From NCBI GenBank assembly GCA_045633245.1, contig JAZQYA010000015.1:1-63363 (forward strand): a stretch of DNA of 63,363 nt. The letters run 5' to 3'. Position numbers and translations under genes: made by a program. The DNA comes from Candidatus Onthoplasma sp. Lineage in GTDB: Bacteria > Bacillota > Clostridia > Christensenellales > UBA1242. Under the pieces are notes generated by a model that saw only the letters and a program-made list of their open reading frames with translations, was not told the DNA's origin and made no database searches. Numbering within the stretch: the stretch's first letter is position 1; every line of letters begins with the position of its first letter. This document shows positions 28,998 to 39,025 of the stretch, piece by piece.

Positions 28998-29832
28998 AGG
29001 TATTATTCCAATAAATAAGCCAAAAGATTGGACAAGTTTTGACGTTGTTAACAAAATAAAACATAAAATTAAACCTCTTAAGGTTGGGCATTTGGGCACA
29101 TTAGATCCCATGGCTACAGGAGTTTTGTTAGTAACGGTTGGAAAAGCAACAAAACTCTTTGATTTAATGCAAGAAAAGAAGAAAACCTATGTTGCAACAT
29201 TTGAATTTGGATATGAAACAGACACGTTAGATTCAACAGGAAAAATATTGAACAAGACCAATAAAATTCCAACACTTGCCAACATAGAATCTGCTTTGCC
29301 AAATTTTATTGGCGAAATCAGTCAAGTTCCACCTAAATATAGCGCAAAATCTATAAATGGGCAGCGTGCATATAGCTTGGCTAGACAAAATATTGAATTT
29401 GAATTAAAGCCTAAATTGGTTAAAATTTTCAATATTAAGATATTATCATATGAATTAAACACTTTAGTGTTGGAAATAGAGTGCGGAAGTGGAACTTACA
29501 TTAGATCTATAGGTCGAGATATTGCGTCAAAATTAAATTCACTTGCAACAATGACTGAATTGGTGAGAATTAAAGTGGGTGAATTTGATATTACACAATG
29601 TTTTAATTTGGAAAATTTTGACGAAGTTGAAAACAAAATTATACCAATAAGCAACATTTTGACATATAACAAATTAGAATTAAATAAAGAAAAAAAATCG
29701 AAATTACTTAATGGTCAAACTTTAATAATTGAATTAAAAGATGGAATTTACACTCTTGAAGATAACAATGATGTAGTTGCTTTGGTGAAAATTCAAGAAA
29801 ATAAAGCAAAAATGTTAATTTTCTTAGGGTAG
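28984..29832 (+). CDS. truB: tRNA pseudouridine(55) synthase TruB
   Basis: GIIPINKPKDWTSFDVV ... KVGHLGTLDPMATGVL catalytic-Asp motif. Confidence 0.9.
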   Translation: MMMNKGIIPINKPKDWTSFDVVNKIKHKIKPLKVGHLGTLDPMATGVLLVTVGKATKLFDLMQEKKKTYVATFEFGYETDTLDSTGKILNKTNKIPTLANIESALPNFIGEISQVPPKYSAKSINGQRAYSLARQNIEFELKPKLVKIFNIKILSYELNTLVLEIECGSGTYIRSIGRDIASKLNSLATMTELVRIKVGEFDITQCFNLENFDEVENKIIPISNILTYNKLELNKEKKSKLLNGQTLIIELKDGIYTLEDNNDVVALVKIQENKAKMLIFLG

Positions 29833-29899
29833 GTTGTTGGCAGAAGAGTAAATTTATGATATAATCTAAAGGTAATTAAAGTACAAAAGGAGAATTTTT

Positions 29900-30478
29900 A
29901 TGATTACAGCAGGAGATATTAGAAAAGGAGTTATTTTTGATGATGGAACATCAACAGACCCTAAAAGACCAAGTTTATATTTGGTTGTTGATTTCCAACA
30001 TGTTAAACCAGGAAAAGGAGCAGCATTTGTTAGAACAACATTAAAACACGTTTTAACAGGTAAAGTTATTGAAAGAACATATAATCCAAATGAAAAAATA
30101 AATGACATTACAATCGAAAGAAAAGAAATGATGTATTTATACAATGAAAGTGGATTATACTATTTCATGGATAATGAAACATATGACCAAATTCCATTTA
30201 ACTATGATAGCGTTAAAGATGCATTGAACTTTGTTGTTGAAAACACAAATTGTCAAGTTCAATTCTATAATGGTCAACCTATTAATGTTGAACCACCAAT
30301 GTTTGTTGAACTCACAATCACAAAAGCAGAACCTGGAGTTAGAGGTGACACAGTTAAAACTGGTGGAAAGCCAGCAACTTTGGAAACAGGTTATGTTATT
30401 CAAGTTCCTTTATTTGTTAATGAAGGCGAAAGAGTTCGTGTGGACACTAGAACTGGTGAATACATGGAAAGAGTGTAA
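29900..30478 (+). CDS. efp: elongation factor P
   Basis: [21 protein letters not shown] loop with the conserved Lys; 192 aa. Confidence 0.95.
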   Translation: MITAGDIRKGVIFDDGTSTDPKRPSLYLVVDFQHVKPGKGAAFVRTTLKHVLTGKVIERTYNPNEKINDITIERKEMMYLYNESGLYYFMDNETYDQIPFNYDSVKDALNFVVENTNCQVQFYNGQPINVEPPMFVELTITKAEPGVRGDTVKTGGKPATLETGYVIQVPLFVNEGERVRVDTRTGEYMERV

Positions 30479-30522
30479 CATTTATCTTTGCAAAATATAA
30501 AATAAATTTAAATAAAAACACG

Positions 30523-30558
30523 AAAAATCAATACTATTGTGGTATTGATTTTTTTTCC
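30523..30558 (+). terminator. intrinsic terminator after efp
   Basis: aaaaatcaatac tattgtg gtattgatttttttt. Confidence 0.85.
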
Positions 30559-30592
30559 GCATTAAAAATCAGAATTCATAATAATTTTTAAT

Positions 30593-31498
30593 ATGTTAAA
30601 AGATTATTTGGATAGGGATATTTATAATTTAATAATTAAAAATTTTAGTTTTAATGACATAACAGAAATACGTATGAGAATTAATGAAAGAATTATTATT
30701 GTTATTAAAAATAAAAAATATTATTTAAAAGATAAAAATAATGAATTTGTGATAATTAGTAAATATATTTTAGATAATTTTATAAAAAAAATTAGCGAAA
30801 ATTCTCTATATGCTTTTAATGAAAAAATAATCAATGGCTTTATCACCTTAGAAAAAGGAATTAGAGTTGGTTTATGCGGCACGGTTGTGATGGAAAAAAA
30901 CCAAGTAGTCACTATTAAAGATTTTCAATCTGTAAATATACGTATTCCACACACAATTAGAAATTGTTCCGTGCCGGCATATAATTTTATTGTTGATCAA
31001 GATATTAGAAATACGCTTATTGTTTCAGCCCCAGGTTGTGGAAAAACAACTTTTGTAAGAGATTTTATTCATCAATTATTTAAAAATAACATTTCAAAAA
31101 ACATATTAATTGCTGATGAACGCAATGAAATTTGTTCAGCATCACATGGTGCTATTTCACAATATTTAGGTGGATTTTGTGACGTTTACACAAATTGCAG
31201 TAAAGGATTTGCTTTTAAAAATGGAATAAGAAGTATGAGCCCAGATGTGATCGTAACAGATGAAATCGATTTAGACAAAGATTTAGAATGTCTTATTGAT
31301 GCAATGAATTGCGGAGTTAATGTTGTTGCAACAATTCATGCTAAAAATATTAGTCAATTAAAACATAAGAGAGGATTTGATGAAATAATTAATAACAAAA
31401 TTTTTTCTAGATTTGTTGTTCTTACAAATGACGAAGGTCCTGGAACACTAACACATATTTATGACGAAAAACTAAATTGTTTATATAGTAAAGTGTAG
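30593..31498 (+). CDS. spoIIIAA: stage III sporulation protein AA (AAA+ ATPase)
   Basis: Walker A SAPGCGKTT, Walker B VIVTDEID; first gene of an 8-gene cluster with the canonical size pattern. Confidence 0.85.
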   Translation: MLKDYLDRDIYNLIIKNFSFNDITEIRMRINERIIIVIKNKKYYLKDKNNEFVIISKYILDNFIKKISENSLYAFNEKIINGFITLEKGIRVGLCGTVVMEKNQVVTIKDFQSVNIRIPHTIRNCSVPAYNFIVDQDIRNTLIVSAPGCGKTTFVRDFIHQLFKNNISKNILIADERNEICSASHGAISQYLGGFCDVYTNCSKGFAFKNGIRSMSPDVIVTDEIDLDKDLECLIDAMNCGVNVVATIHAKNISQLKHKRGFDEIINNKIFSRFVVLTNDEGPGTLTHIYDEKLNCLYSKV

Positions 31499-31504
31499 GT
31501 TGAA

Positions 31505-31978
31505 ATGAAGTGGATTTTAATTCTGATATTGATTTTTATTATTATGATAATCGCTTATTCTATTAGCGAACAATATAAAGAGAAATTTGATTTTTATAAT
31601 AATTTAAAAATATTTTTATTGCAATTTAAACTTAATATTTCTTTTAAAAAAGAAAAAATAATCGAATTTTTAAATAAAGTTAATTCAAAAAAATATTTTA
31701 ATATATTTATTTGTGAATATAAAAATTATTTAAAAACAAATATTATTAATTTGGAAAACATTAAAATTCTAGACGGAGACGAAAGAAAACAGCTAGAAAA
31801 TTTAATTAAAAGCATTGGTTTGTTAGACAGTCAAAATGAAATTTTACAACTTGATTTATTCATTCAAGAAGTTGATGAAAAGTTAAAAAGGGCAGAAAAA
31901 GATAAAAATAAATTGTGCCCTATGATTTTAAAATTATCACTACTTTTTGCAATTGGATTGGCAATTATTTTAATTTAA
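31505..31978 (+). CDS. spoIIIAB: stage III sporulation protein AB
   Basis: 157 aa with N- and C-terminal TM helices; position 2 in the cluster. Confidence 0.7.
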   Translation: MKWILILILIFIIMIIAYSISEQYKEKFDFYNNLKIFLLQFKLNISFKKEKIIEFLNKVNSKKYFNIFICEYKNYLKTNIINLENIKILDGDERKQLENLIKSIGLLDSQNEILQLDLFIQEVDEKLKRAEKDKNKLCPMILKLSLLFAIGLAIILI

Positions 31979-31997
31979 ATTTAAGTAAGGAGTAAGC

Positions 31998-32186
31998 ATG
32001 GAAATCATATTTAAGTTGGCTGGGATTGGTCTAATCACATCTATAGTTAATCAGATTTTGAAATATTGTGGTAAAGAAGAAATTGCGCACGTTACAACTT
32101 TGGCGGGTCTAATTGTAAGTTTACTTATGGTTATAGGGTTGGTTGAAGATTTGTTTGAAACAATTAAAAGTTTGTTTGTGTTTTAG
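31998..32186 (+). CDS. spoIIIAC: stage III sporulation protein AC
   Basis: 62-aa two-TM protein; position 3. Confidence 0.75.
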   Translation: MEIIFKLAGIGLITSIVNQILKYCGKEEIAHVTTLAGLIVSLLMVIGLVEDLFETIKSLFVF

Positions 32187-32191
32187 GTGAT

Positions 32192-32578
32192 ATGGCGGAT
32201 TTATTAAAAATTTTAGCAATTGCTTTGGTTACAGTGTTTGCGCATATGCTAGTTAAGCAAACAAAACCAGAAATATCAATTTTGATAACTATTGTTGGCA
32301 GTATCATAATAATTATTATGTCAGTTGATCTGTTGAGTTCGGTCATAACATCTTTTTATGGTTTTTTTGAAACTACAGGCGTAGACAAGGTGCTTTTAAC
32401 ACCATTATTAAAAATTATTGCAATTGGTTATATTGCAGAATTCGGGGCAAATATTTGTGTCGATGCTGGAGCGAGTGGTGTGGCTGACAAGGTGTTGTTT
32501 GCAGCAAAATTAATAATTTTAGTTATTTCAATGCCTATTATAACAACCGTGATAAATATGGTGGTGGCTTTACTATGA
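32192..32578 (+). CDS. spoIIIAD: stage III sporulation protein AD
   Basis: 128-aa polytopic membrane protein; position 4. Confidence 0.75.
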   Translation: MADLLKILAIALVTVFAHMLVKQTKPEISILITIVGSIIIIIMSVDLLSSVITSFYGFFETTGVDKVLLTPLLKIIAIGYIAEFGANICVDAGASGVADKVLFAAKLIILVISMPIITTVINMVVALL

Positions 32579-33795
32579 AATATATTCGATATTCAACGAA
32601 GAATAATAAAGTAATAATTATTTTGCTTGTTATATTAATATCAATATTTACAATCTTAACTCCCATGCAAACATTATGTGCAAACGAAAACCTTTATAAT
32701 TTGAATGATGATTTAAATGGCACAGTGATTGAAGAATTGAAGGAAATTGATTTTTCCGGTTTTAACGATGTTATTGATGAATTTAATTCTAAACAAACAA
32801 ATATTTTTTCCATTGATAATATAAAAAGTAAAGTTTACTCAATAATTTCAGGTGAAAATGCAGTTAACTATTCAAATTTTCTTGCAAGATTATTTTCAGA
32901 TCTGATTGAACTAGTTATTAAATATTTACCTATGCTATCAATAATAATAGGTATAGGAGTGATAAGCAATTTATTAAATGGAGTCAAAAGTAAGTTTAAC
33001 GAAAAATCCACAGGTAATCTTATCGATCTAGTTTGCTTTCTTTCAGTATCTGTTTTGGTTATTGGTGTTATAAATAGTCTATCTAAATCTACAGGACAAT
33101 CAATCGATAGTATGGTTAAAACAATAAATATTTTGTTTCCTATTTTGTTAACTCTTATGGTTGGATTGGGCGCAAATGCAACAGCAGGGGCATTTAAGCC
33201 TATCATTGCGATTATTTCCACGTTTGTTGCCGATTTTTTCAACTATTTTATTATGCCACTTTTCATGCTTTCTTTTATTTTCTCAATCATCACAAGCATG
33301 TCTGACAATATAAAACTTGATAAATTTAGTTCATTTATTTCAAGTTTGTTTAAATGGAGTGTTGGCTTAATATTTATGCTATTTTTTGCAGTGTTTTCAC
33401 TTCAAGGTATTGCGGTTGGAAGTTTTGACAGTTTAAGCATTAGAACAACAAAATACACAATTAAAAGTTATGTTCCAATTATGGGTGGTTATCTTTCAGA
33501 TGGCATGGACTTGATTTTGTCTAGCACATTATTAATTAAAAATGCGGTTGGTTTTGTGGGAATATTAATGATTATTTCATCAATATTATCACCTTTATTA
33601 GAAATAATAGTTTTTGGCTTAATGTTGAAGTTAATTTCTGCTGTGCTGCAGCCTTTGGGAAACGGAAAGACCTCTAATTTTTTATCAGCAACTTCTAAAA
33701 CAATAACAATGTTGTCTAGTTCGCTAATTGCAATTGGATTTATGTATTTCATTTCAATTGGGCTAATTATGACAACAGCAAATGTGGTGGTATGA
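32575..33795 (+). CDS. spoIIIAE: stage III sporulation protein AE
   Basis: 406 aa; N-terminal signal/TM, then a polytopic domain; position 5. Confidence 0.8.
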   Translation: MKYIRYSTKNNKVIIILLVILISIFTILTPMQTLCANENLYNLNDDLNGTVIEELKEIDFSGFNDVIDEFNSKQTNIFSIDNIKSKVYSIISGENAVNYSNFLARLFSDLIELVIKYLPMLSIIIGIGVISNLLNGVKSKFNEKSTGNLIDLVCFLSVSVLVIGVINSLSKSTGQSIDSMVKTINILFPILLTLMVGLGANATAGAFKPIIAIISTFVADFFNYFIMPLFMLSFIFSIITSMSDNIKLDKFSSFISSLFKWSVGLIFMLFFAVFSLQGIAVGSFDSLSIRTTKYTIKSYVPIMGGYLSDGMDLILSSTLLIKNAVGFVGILMIISSILSPLLEIIVFGLMLKLISAVLQPLGNGKTSNFLSATSKTITMLSSSLIAIGFMYFISIGLIMTTANVVV

Positions 33796-34268
33796 TGACA
33801 GGGTATATTTTAAGTATTTTAGGCATTGTTGTTGCTGGAGTTTTTATTGATATTGTTGTTCCTGCGAGTTCGCTAAATAAATATATCAAAGGGATTTATG
33901 CAATTTTTGTCGTTGCTGTGATATTGAATCCAATAATTAAACTTTTGAATAAAACTCATAATCTTACAATTAATTATACTGAGTATTCCGTTAATGACAG
34001 TTTGCTGAATTATATTTTCACCATGAGAGCAAGATCTCTTGAAAAAAACATAGAACAATATCTTTCAGATGAAGGATTTGAGAATGTCGGCATTGTTTTA
34101 AATTTTTCGATTGAAAACGACGAATTAATTTATTCCTCGTGTGAAATAAATTTAAAAAATATGGTCATTTCATCGGACAAGCAGCATATAAATAAATATG
34201 AATTCATTAAGAAAGTTGTTGTTGAAAATACATCACTTACACATGAGGAGATAGTTTTTAATGAGTGA
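33792..34268 (+). CDS. spoIIIAF: stage III sporulation protein AF
   Basis: 158 aa; two N-terminal TMs plus a soluble domain; position 6. Confidence 0.65.
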   Translation: MMTGYILSILGIVVAGVFIDIVVPASSLNKYIKGIYAIFVVAVILNPIIKLLNKTHNLTINYTEYSVNDSLLNYIFTMRARSLEKNIEQYLSDEGFENVGIVLNFSIENDELIYSSCEINLKNMVISSDKQHINKYEFIKKVVVENTSLTHEEIVFNE

Positions 34269-34707
34269 AAAAGAAAAGAAGCACACAATAAAATGGCTTG
34301 AGAAATTCAAAAATATTAAACACATAGAAATTTATGTTGCAATAATATTCATTGTAATTATAATTTTGATTTTCTTTTCCAATCGCTCAACAAAAGATAA
34401 AGATAAAACAATATTAACAAATGAGATAACGGTCACACAGTATATTGACAAGCTTGAAGAAGACCTTGAAAAAATTTTATCTAACATTTCAGGAGTGTCT
34501 AATGTAAATGTTATGATAACGATATGCTTAAACGATTTGGAAGTGAAAGATAATCAAGTTCATATATCAAAATTTCCCCAAATTAATGGCATATTAGTCA
34601 CAGCAAAAGGAGTGAATGACACCGCAACGAAATTAAGAGTTTTACATGCAATTGAGGCTGTGATAGAAGTTGAAAATGGAAATGTTGAAATATTATCAAG
34701 TGAATAG
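34261..34707 (+). CDS. spoIIIAG: stage III sporulation protein AG
   Basis: 148 aa; one TM, then a ring-building-motif-like domain (ISGVSNVNVMI ... GILVTAKG). Confidence 0.7.
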   Translation: MSEKEKKHTIKWLEKFKNIKHIEIYVAIIFIVIIILIFFSNRSTKDKDKTILTNEITVTQYIDKLEEDLEKILSNISGVSNVNVMITICLNDLEVKDNQVHISKFPQINGILVTAKGVNDTATKLRVLHAIEAVIEVENGNVEILSSE

Positions 34708-34715
34708 GAGGATTT

Positions 34716-35204
34716 ATGAAAACTTTATCAAAAAGGAAAAAAATTATCATTTTATCAGCAATGGTGGCGCTTTTGCTTGTTACAGGATTTGTTAATGTTG
34801 CGTTGAATAGTTCGCTCGCAAGCACGGCTACTGAGACCAATGCCAGCACAACAAATGCAAATTTTTATGCAACGTATAGAACAGAAAGAGAGGCAACCAG
34901 AACACAAGAAATTCAATTTTATGATTCAATAATTGCTAGCGCAACATCAAGTGATAGTGCAAAAGTGGAAGCTGAGGCAAATAAAATTGCATTAATTGCT
35001 CAAATGGAAAAAGAATTAGTTACCGAAGGAATTCTTGTTGGCAAAGGATTTGCTGATGCAATTGTGACCATGTCATCAAATAATGTGAACGTATTTGTCA
35101 AATCTAGCGAGTTAACTAGTGTTGAAGTTGCACAAATAACATCAATTGTAACAGAACAATTAAATGTTGACATTGACAAAATCATTATTATACCTTCAGA
35201 ATAA
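34716..35204 (+). CDS. spoIIIAH: stage III sporulation protein AH
   Basis: 162 aa; N-terminal TM; C-terminal YscJ/FliF-like segment; last gene of the cluster. Confidence 0.65.
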   Translation: MKTLSKRKKIIILSAMVALLLVTGFVNVALNSSLASTATETNASTTNANFYATYRTEREATRTQEIQFYDSIIASATSSDSAKVEAEANKIALIAQMEKELVTEGILVGKGFADAIVTMSSNNVNVFVKSSELTSVEVAQITSIVTEQLNVDIDKIIIIPSE

Positions 35205-35278
35205 ATATTAAGATTTTATTTAGATTTATTGCAATATGCCAAAATATGTGATATAATAAATTCGAGAGGGAATTGATT

Positions 35279-35635
35279 ATGGCACAAATAAAGAATTTAA
35301 ATGGTGAATCTAACACTTATATGAATCAAAACATGCTTTTGTCTATTGTTAGCCTGGCAACAAAGGAAATTAAAGGTGTTATTGACGTGTATAAATCAAA
35401 AAAATTAACCTTTAAGCGTCTATTCAATAAAAATATTGGAAAAGGTGTAACTATTCGCAACACAGTTGATGGAATCGTTATTGACATATATGTGGTTGTG
35501 TCAACCGATTGTGAAGTGAACGATATCGTTTACAAAATTCAACAAAACGTAAAAAATAGCATTACTTCTTTAGTTCCAATAAAAATTAAAGCAATAAATG
35601 TTCACATTAAAGATGCTGAAAAAACTTCTCTCTAA
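35279..35635 (+). CDS. Asp23/Gls24 family envelope stress protein
   Basis: ISLATKEIKGV... pattern; conserved position (yqhY-like) between spoIIIA and nusB; alternative TTG start at 35273. Confidence 0.75.
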   Translation: MAQIKNLNGESNTYMNQNMLLSIVSLATKEIKGVIDVYKSKKLTFKRLFNKNIGKGVTIRNTVDGIVIDIYVVVSTDCEVNDIVYKIQQNVKNSITSLVPIKIKAINVHIKDAEKTSL

Positions 35636-35653
35636 AACTAGAGAGAGTTTTTG
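35626..35653 (+). terminator. intrinsic terminator overlapping the stop codon
   Basis: ttctctcta aaac tagagagag plus T5. Confidence 0.75.
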
Positions 35654-35715
35654 TTGTTGAATATTTAAAATAAATTTATAAACAAAAATAATTATGTCAT
35701 TAAGTAGGAGGACAA

Positions 35716-36087
35716 ATGAAAAGGACTTGTGCAAGAGAACTTGCATTCAAAACCATATATTCTAAATTTTTCAATGCTGAGGAAAGTGAAGAAATTGAGA
35801 ATGCAGACGATAAGGGTTTAGAGTTTGTTTCAAAAATTTTAAAATCTTTTGCAGAAAATTATTGTGAAATTAACGAAATCATTTCAAAAAATCTTAAAGG
35901 ATATACAATTGAAAGATTATATAAAATAGATTTAGCAATAATAACTTTAGCAGTTATTGAAATTAAATTTATCAAAGAAACTCCTAAAGAAATTGTTATT
36001 AACGAAGCAGTTGAACTTGCAAAAAAATATTCAACTGAAAAAAGTCCTAAATTTATAAATGGAGTTCTTGCAGATATCGTTAAATAA
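35716..36087 (+). CDS. nusB: transcription antitermination factor NusB
   Basis: 123 aa; RELAFKTIY ... INEAVELAKKYS...FINGVL. Confidence 0.85.
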   Translation: MKRTCARELAFKTIYSKFFNAEESEEIENADDKGLEFVSKILKSFAENYCEINEIISKNLKGYTIERLYKIDLAIITLAVIEIKFIKETPKEIVINEAVELAKKYSTEKSPKFINGVLADIVK

Positions 36088-37262
36088 TGAAAGTCTTTAC
36101 AGTTCATGAATTAAATCGAATAATAAAAGATCTAATAGACAACGAAGTGGTTCTGGAAGATATTTGTGTTTCTGGTGAGTTGTCTTCTTTTTCAGTAACA
36201 CGAAATATTGCGTATTTCACACTTAAGGATAATGATAATATACTAAATTGCGTCCAATTTAATTGTAAACAAGATTTCAAAATCGGTGATATGGTTCAAT
36301 GTCGAGGTAATGTAAAATATTATCCTAAGGGAGGCAAATTATCATTTAATGCATTATCAATAGAGCTTTGCGGACAAGGCGAACTATATCAAAAATTCAT
36401 CGAACTCAAGAACAAACTTGAAAACGAAGGTTTATTTGATGAAAGTAACAAAATAAAAATTCCAAAATTTATTAATTCAATAGGTGTGGTTACTAGCGCC
36501 AATGGAGCGGTTTTACAAGATATAAAAAACGTTTCATTCAGACGTAATCCTAATTTAGATATTTTGGTGTATGATGCACAAGTTCAAGGTAAATACGCCG
36601 TTCAAGACATAATAAGAGGAATAACTTATTTTGACAACATGACTGATGTTGATGTAATCATTGTTGCAAGAGGTGGTGGAAGCATTGAAGATTTAATGCC
36701 TTTTAATGATGAAGAATTGGCAAGAATTGCTTATATTTGCAATAAACCATTGATAAGTGCTGTCGGTCACGAAACCGACTTTTCAATTTTAGATTTTGTT
36801 GCCGACTTGAGAGCTCCAACTCCAAGTGCAGCTGCAGAACTTGTAACGTTTGATACCATGGAAATAAAAAGGTATATTAATGAACTACATTCTAACATTC
36901 AAACATCAGTTCTAAATCAATATACAGAACTTAATGCTATTGTTAATTTGACATTAAACGATATAGAAAGAAGTGTCTCAACAACAATTAATGATAACAT
37001 TTTGTATTTAAACGATTTGTTAAACAAGATTGATTTATCAATCAATGCTGGAGTTGAAAACTCAATATATAGAATAGACATGGCGTTAAACACACTAGAT
37101 AAGTTAAACCCAAGCAGGTTGTTGATTTCTGGATATTCATGTGTAACAAAAGATAATCAAACAATAAATTCGCAAACCACAGACATTGGAGATGAAGTAA
37201 CAATTAGAACAAGCGATACAAATTATAAAGCAAAAATCATAAATAAGGAGAAATTATGTTAG
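36087..37262 (+). CDS. xseA: exodeoxyribonuclease VII large subunit
   Basis: 391 aa; N-terminal OB (VSGELSSFS...H.YFTLKD), catalytic core IIVARGGGSIEDL...GHETDF. Confidence 0.9.
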   Translation: MKVFTVHELNRIIKDLIDNEVVLEDICVSGELSSFSVTRNIAYFTLKDNDNILNCVQFNCKQDFKIGDMVQCRGNVKYYPKGGKLSFNALSIELCGQGELYQKFIELKNKLENEGLFDESNKIKIPKFINSIGVVTSANGAVLQDIKNVSFRRNPNLDILVYDAQVQGKYAVQDIIRGITYFDNMTDVDVIIVARGGGSIEDLMPFNDEELARIAYICNKPLISAVGHETDFSILDFVADLRAPTPSAAAELVTFDTMEIKRYINELHSNIQTSVLNQYTELNAIVNLTLNDIERSVSTTINDNILYLNDLLNKIDLSINAGVENSIYRIDMALNTLDKLNPSRLLISGYSCVTKDNQTINSQTTDIGDEVTIRTSDTNYKAKIINKEKLC

Positions 37263-37453
37263 AGCAAAACATTAAAAGATTAGAAGAAATTACAAAACAA
37301 CTTGAAAATGGAAAAAATCTTGATGAAAGCTTGAAACTTTACGAAGAGGGCTGTAAGTTAGCTAAAACTTGCCTAAAAGAGTTGGAAAAAGCCAAAGGAA
37401 AGATTATAATGATTAAGAAAGAATTTAATGAAAAGGAAGAAAAAAATGGATAA
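37256..37453 (+). CDS. xseB: exodeoxyribonuclease VII small subunit
   Basis: 65 aa; LEEITKQLENG...LDESLKLYEEG. Confidence 0.85.
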   Translation: MLEQNIKRLEEITKQLENGKNLDESLKLYEEGCKLAKTCLKELEKAKGKIIMIKKEFNEKEEKNG

Positions 37454-38873
37454 CAAACAATTTGTAACAGATATTGCCAATATGAATGAAGATTTTGCCC
37501 AATGGTATACTGATGTAATTTTAAAAACAGATATGGTAGATTATGGTCCTGTTAAAGGAACTATGGTTATAAAACCTTATGGTTATGCAATTTGGGAAAA
37601 TATTCAAAATTATTTGAATAAAGAATTTAAAAAACAAGGCGCTCAAAATGCATATTTCCCTATGCTTATTCCTGAAAGTTATTTGAAAAGAGAAGCTGAA
37701 CACGTTGAAGGTTTTGCTCCAGAAGTTGCCGTTGTAACCTATGCCGGTGGTGAAGAATTAAATGAAAAACTAATTATTCGACCTACAAGTGAAACAATCA
37801 TTTGTGAAATGTTTGCAAAATGGATAAAGTCTTATCGTGATTTGCCGGTTAAAATGAATCAATGGTGCAATGTTATGCGTTGGGAAAAAACACCTCGTCC
37901 TTTCCTTAGAACAAGTGAATTCTTGTGGCAAGAAGGACACACTGTTCAAGCAAATGCACAAGATGCAGAAAATGATGTTCAAACCATGCTCAAAGTTTAC
38001 GCCGACTGTTTAAAAAATTTATTGGCAATACCAACTTTAACTGGTAGAAAAACTGAAAACGAAAAATTTGCTGGTGCGGTTGCAACTTATAGTATGGAAG
38101 CTATAATGAAAGATGGAAAATGTTTGCAAGCTGGAACAACGCATGATTTAGGTCAAAACTTTGCTAAAGCTAGCAACATACGTTTCTTGAATAAGGATGG
38201 AGTTTTAGAGTATGGATACTCAACAAGTTGGGGTGTAAGCACAAGATTAATTGGCGCTCTTGTTATGGTTCATGGAGATGAAAGAGGGCTTAGAATGCCA
38301 CCAAATGTTGCCCCAATTCAAACAGTTATAATTCCTATTGCTAGCAAAAAAGAAGGCGTTTTAGAAAAATGTGAAGAAGTAAAACTTCTTCTTGAAGATG
38401 CAGACTTAAGAGTAAAAGTTGACAATTCTAACAACACTCCAGGCTGGAAATTCAATGAATATGAAATGAAAGGTGTTCCTCTTCGTTTGGAAATTGGGCC
38501 AAGAGATATTGAAAATGGAGTTGCAACAGCTGTTAGACGCGACACTCATGAAAAAGTTCAAATCAGCCTTGAAAATATTAAAAATGAAGTTGCTAAATTG
38601 CTTGAAGAAATACAAATTAATATGTATAACCAAGCGTTAGAAAACTTTAATAATTCAATTATTGAAACAGAAAACTACGAAGAGATGATAAACGCAATTA
38701 ACAATAAAAGTGTTGCTTTGTCATATCATTGTGGAAATGCTGATTGTGAAGAAGAAATTCGCCAAAACACCTCCATCAAAACTCGTGTTATTCATTCTTA
38801 TGATGAAAACCATAAATGTATTTATTGCGGAAAACCAAGTAAATATAGGGTATATTTTGGTAAACAATATTAA
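37446..38873 (+). CDS. proS: proline--tRNA ligase (archaeal/eukaryote-like type with C-terminal zinc-binding domain)
   Basis: class II motifs (IRPTSET, FLRTSEFLWQEGHT) and a C-terminal ...KCIYCGKPSKYRVYFGKQY ending typical of the short ProRS. ATG 37446 preferred over 37428. Confidence 0.9.
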   Translation: MDNKQFVTDIANMNEDFAQWYTDVILKTDMVDYGPVKGTMVIKPYGYAIWENIQNYLNKEFKKQGAQNAYFPMLIPESYLKREAEHVEGFAPEVAVVTYAGGEELNEKLIIRPTSETIICEMFAKWIKSYRDLPVKMNQWCNVMRWEKTPRPFLRTSEFLWQEGHTVQANAQDAENDVQTMLKVYADCLKNLLAIPTLTGRKTENEKFAGAVATYSMEAIMKDGKCLQAGTTHDLGQNFAKASNIRFLNKDGVLEYGYSTSWGVSTRLIGALVMVHGDERGLRMPPNVAPIQTVIIPIASKKEGVLEKCEEVKLLLEDADLRVKVDNSNNTPGWKFNEYEMKGVPLRLEIGPRDIENGVATAVRRDTHEKVQISLENIKNEVAKLLEEIQINMYNQALENFNNSIIETENYEEMINAINNKSVALSYHCGNADCEEEIRQNTSIKTRVIHSYDENHKCIYCGKPSKYRVYFGKQY

Positions 38874-38947
38874 AGAAAAACAAGGAATTTTAGTCATAAA
38901 CTTTTGAAACTAGCGAAAAAAGAATCCAAATTAAGGATTCTTTTTTA
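38874..38947. repeat. left copy of an inverted ~80-bp related segment (includes the proS terminator)
   Basis: shares aaaaacaagg (38876-38885) and tttgaaactagc (38903-38914) with the reverse complement of 45102-45137, at similar spacing. Each copy is followed by a terminator hairpin (here aaaaaagaatcc aaattaa ggattctttttt). Confidence 0.5.
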
Positions 38948-39025
38948 CTCTTTTTATAAAATGTTAAAAAAATGATACAAATTGTTTTAAAGTATGCTAT
39001 ACTATTTTTATCAAAAGGAGAATTT

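Noticed and set aside
30560-30595. Sigma-E-type sporulation promoter for spoIIIAA (CATAATAAT 8 nt upstream of the ATG).
   Set aside because: The -10-like CATAnnnnT is suggestive. But the -35 match is weak, and AT-rich sequence produces such matches easily, so this is not reported as a feature.
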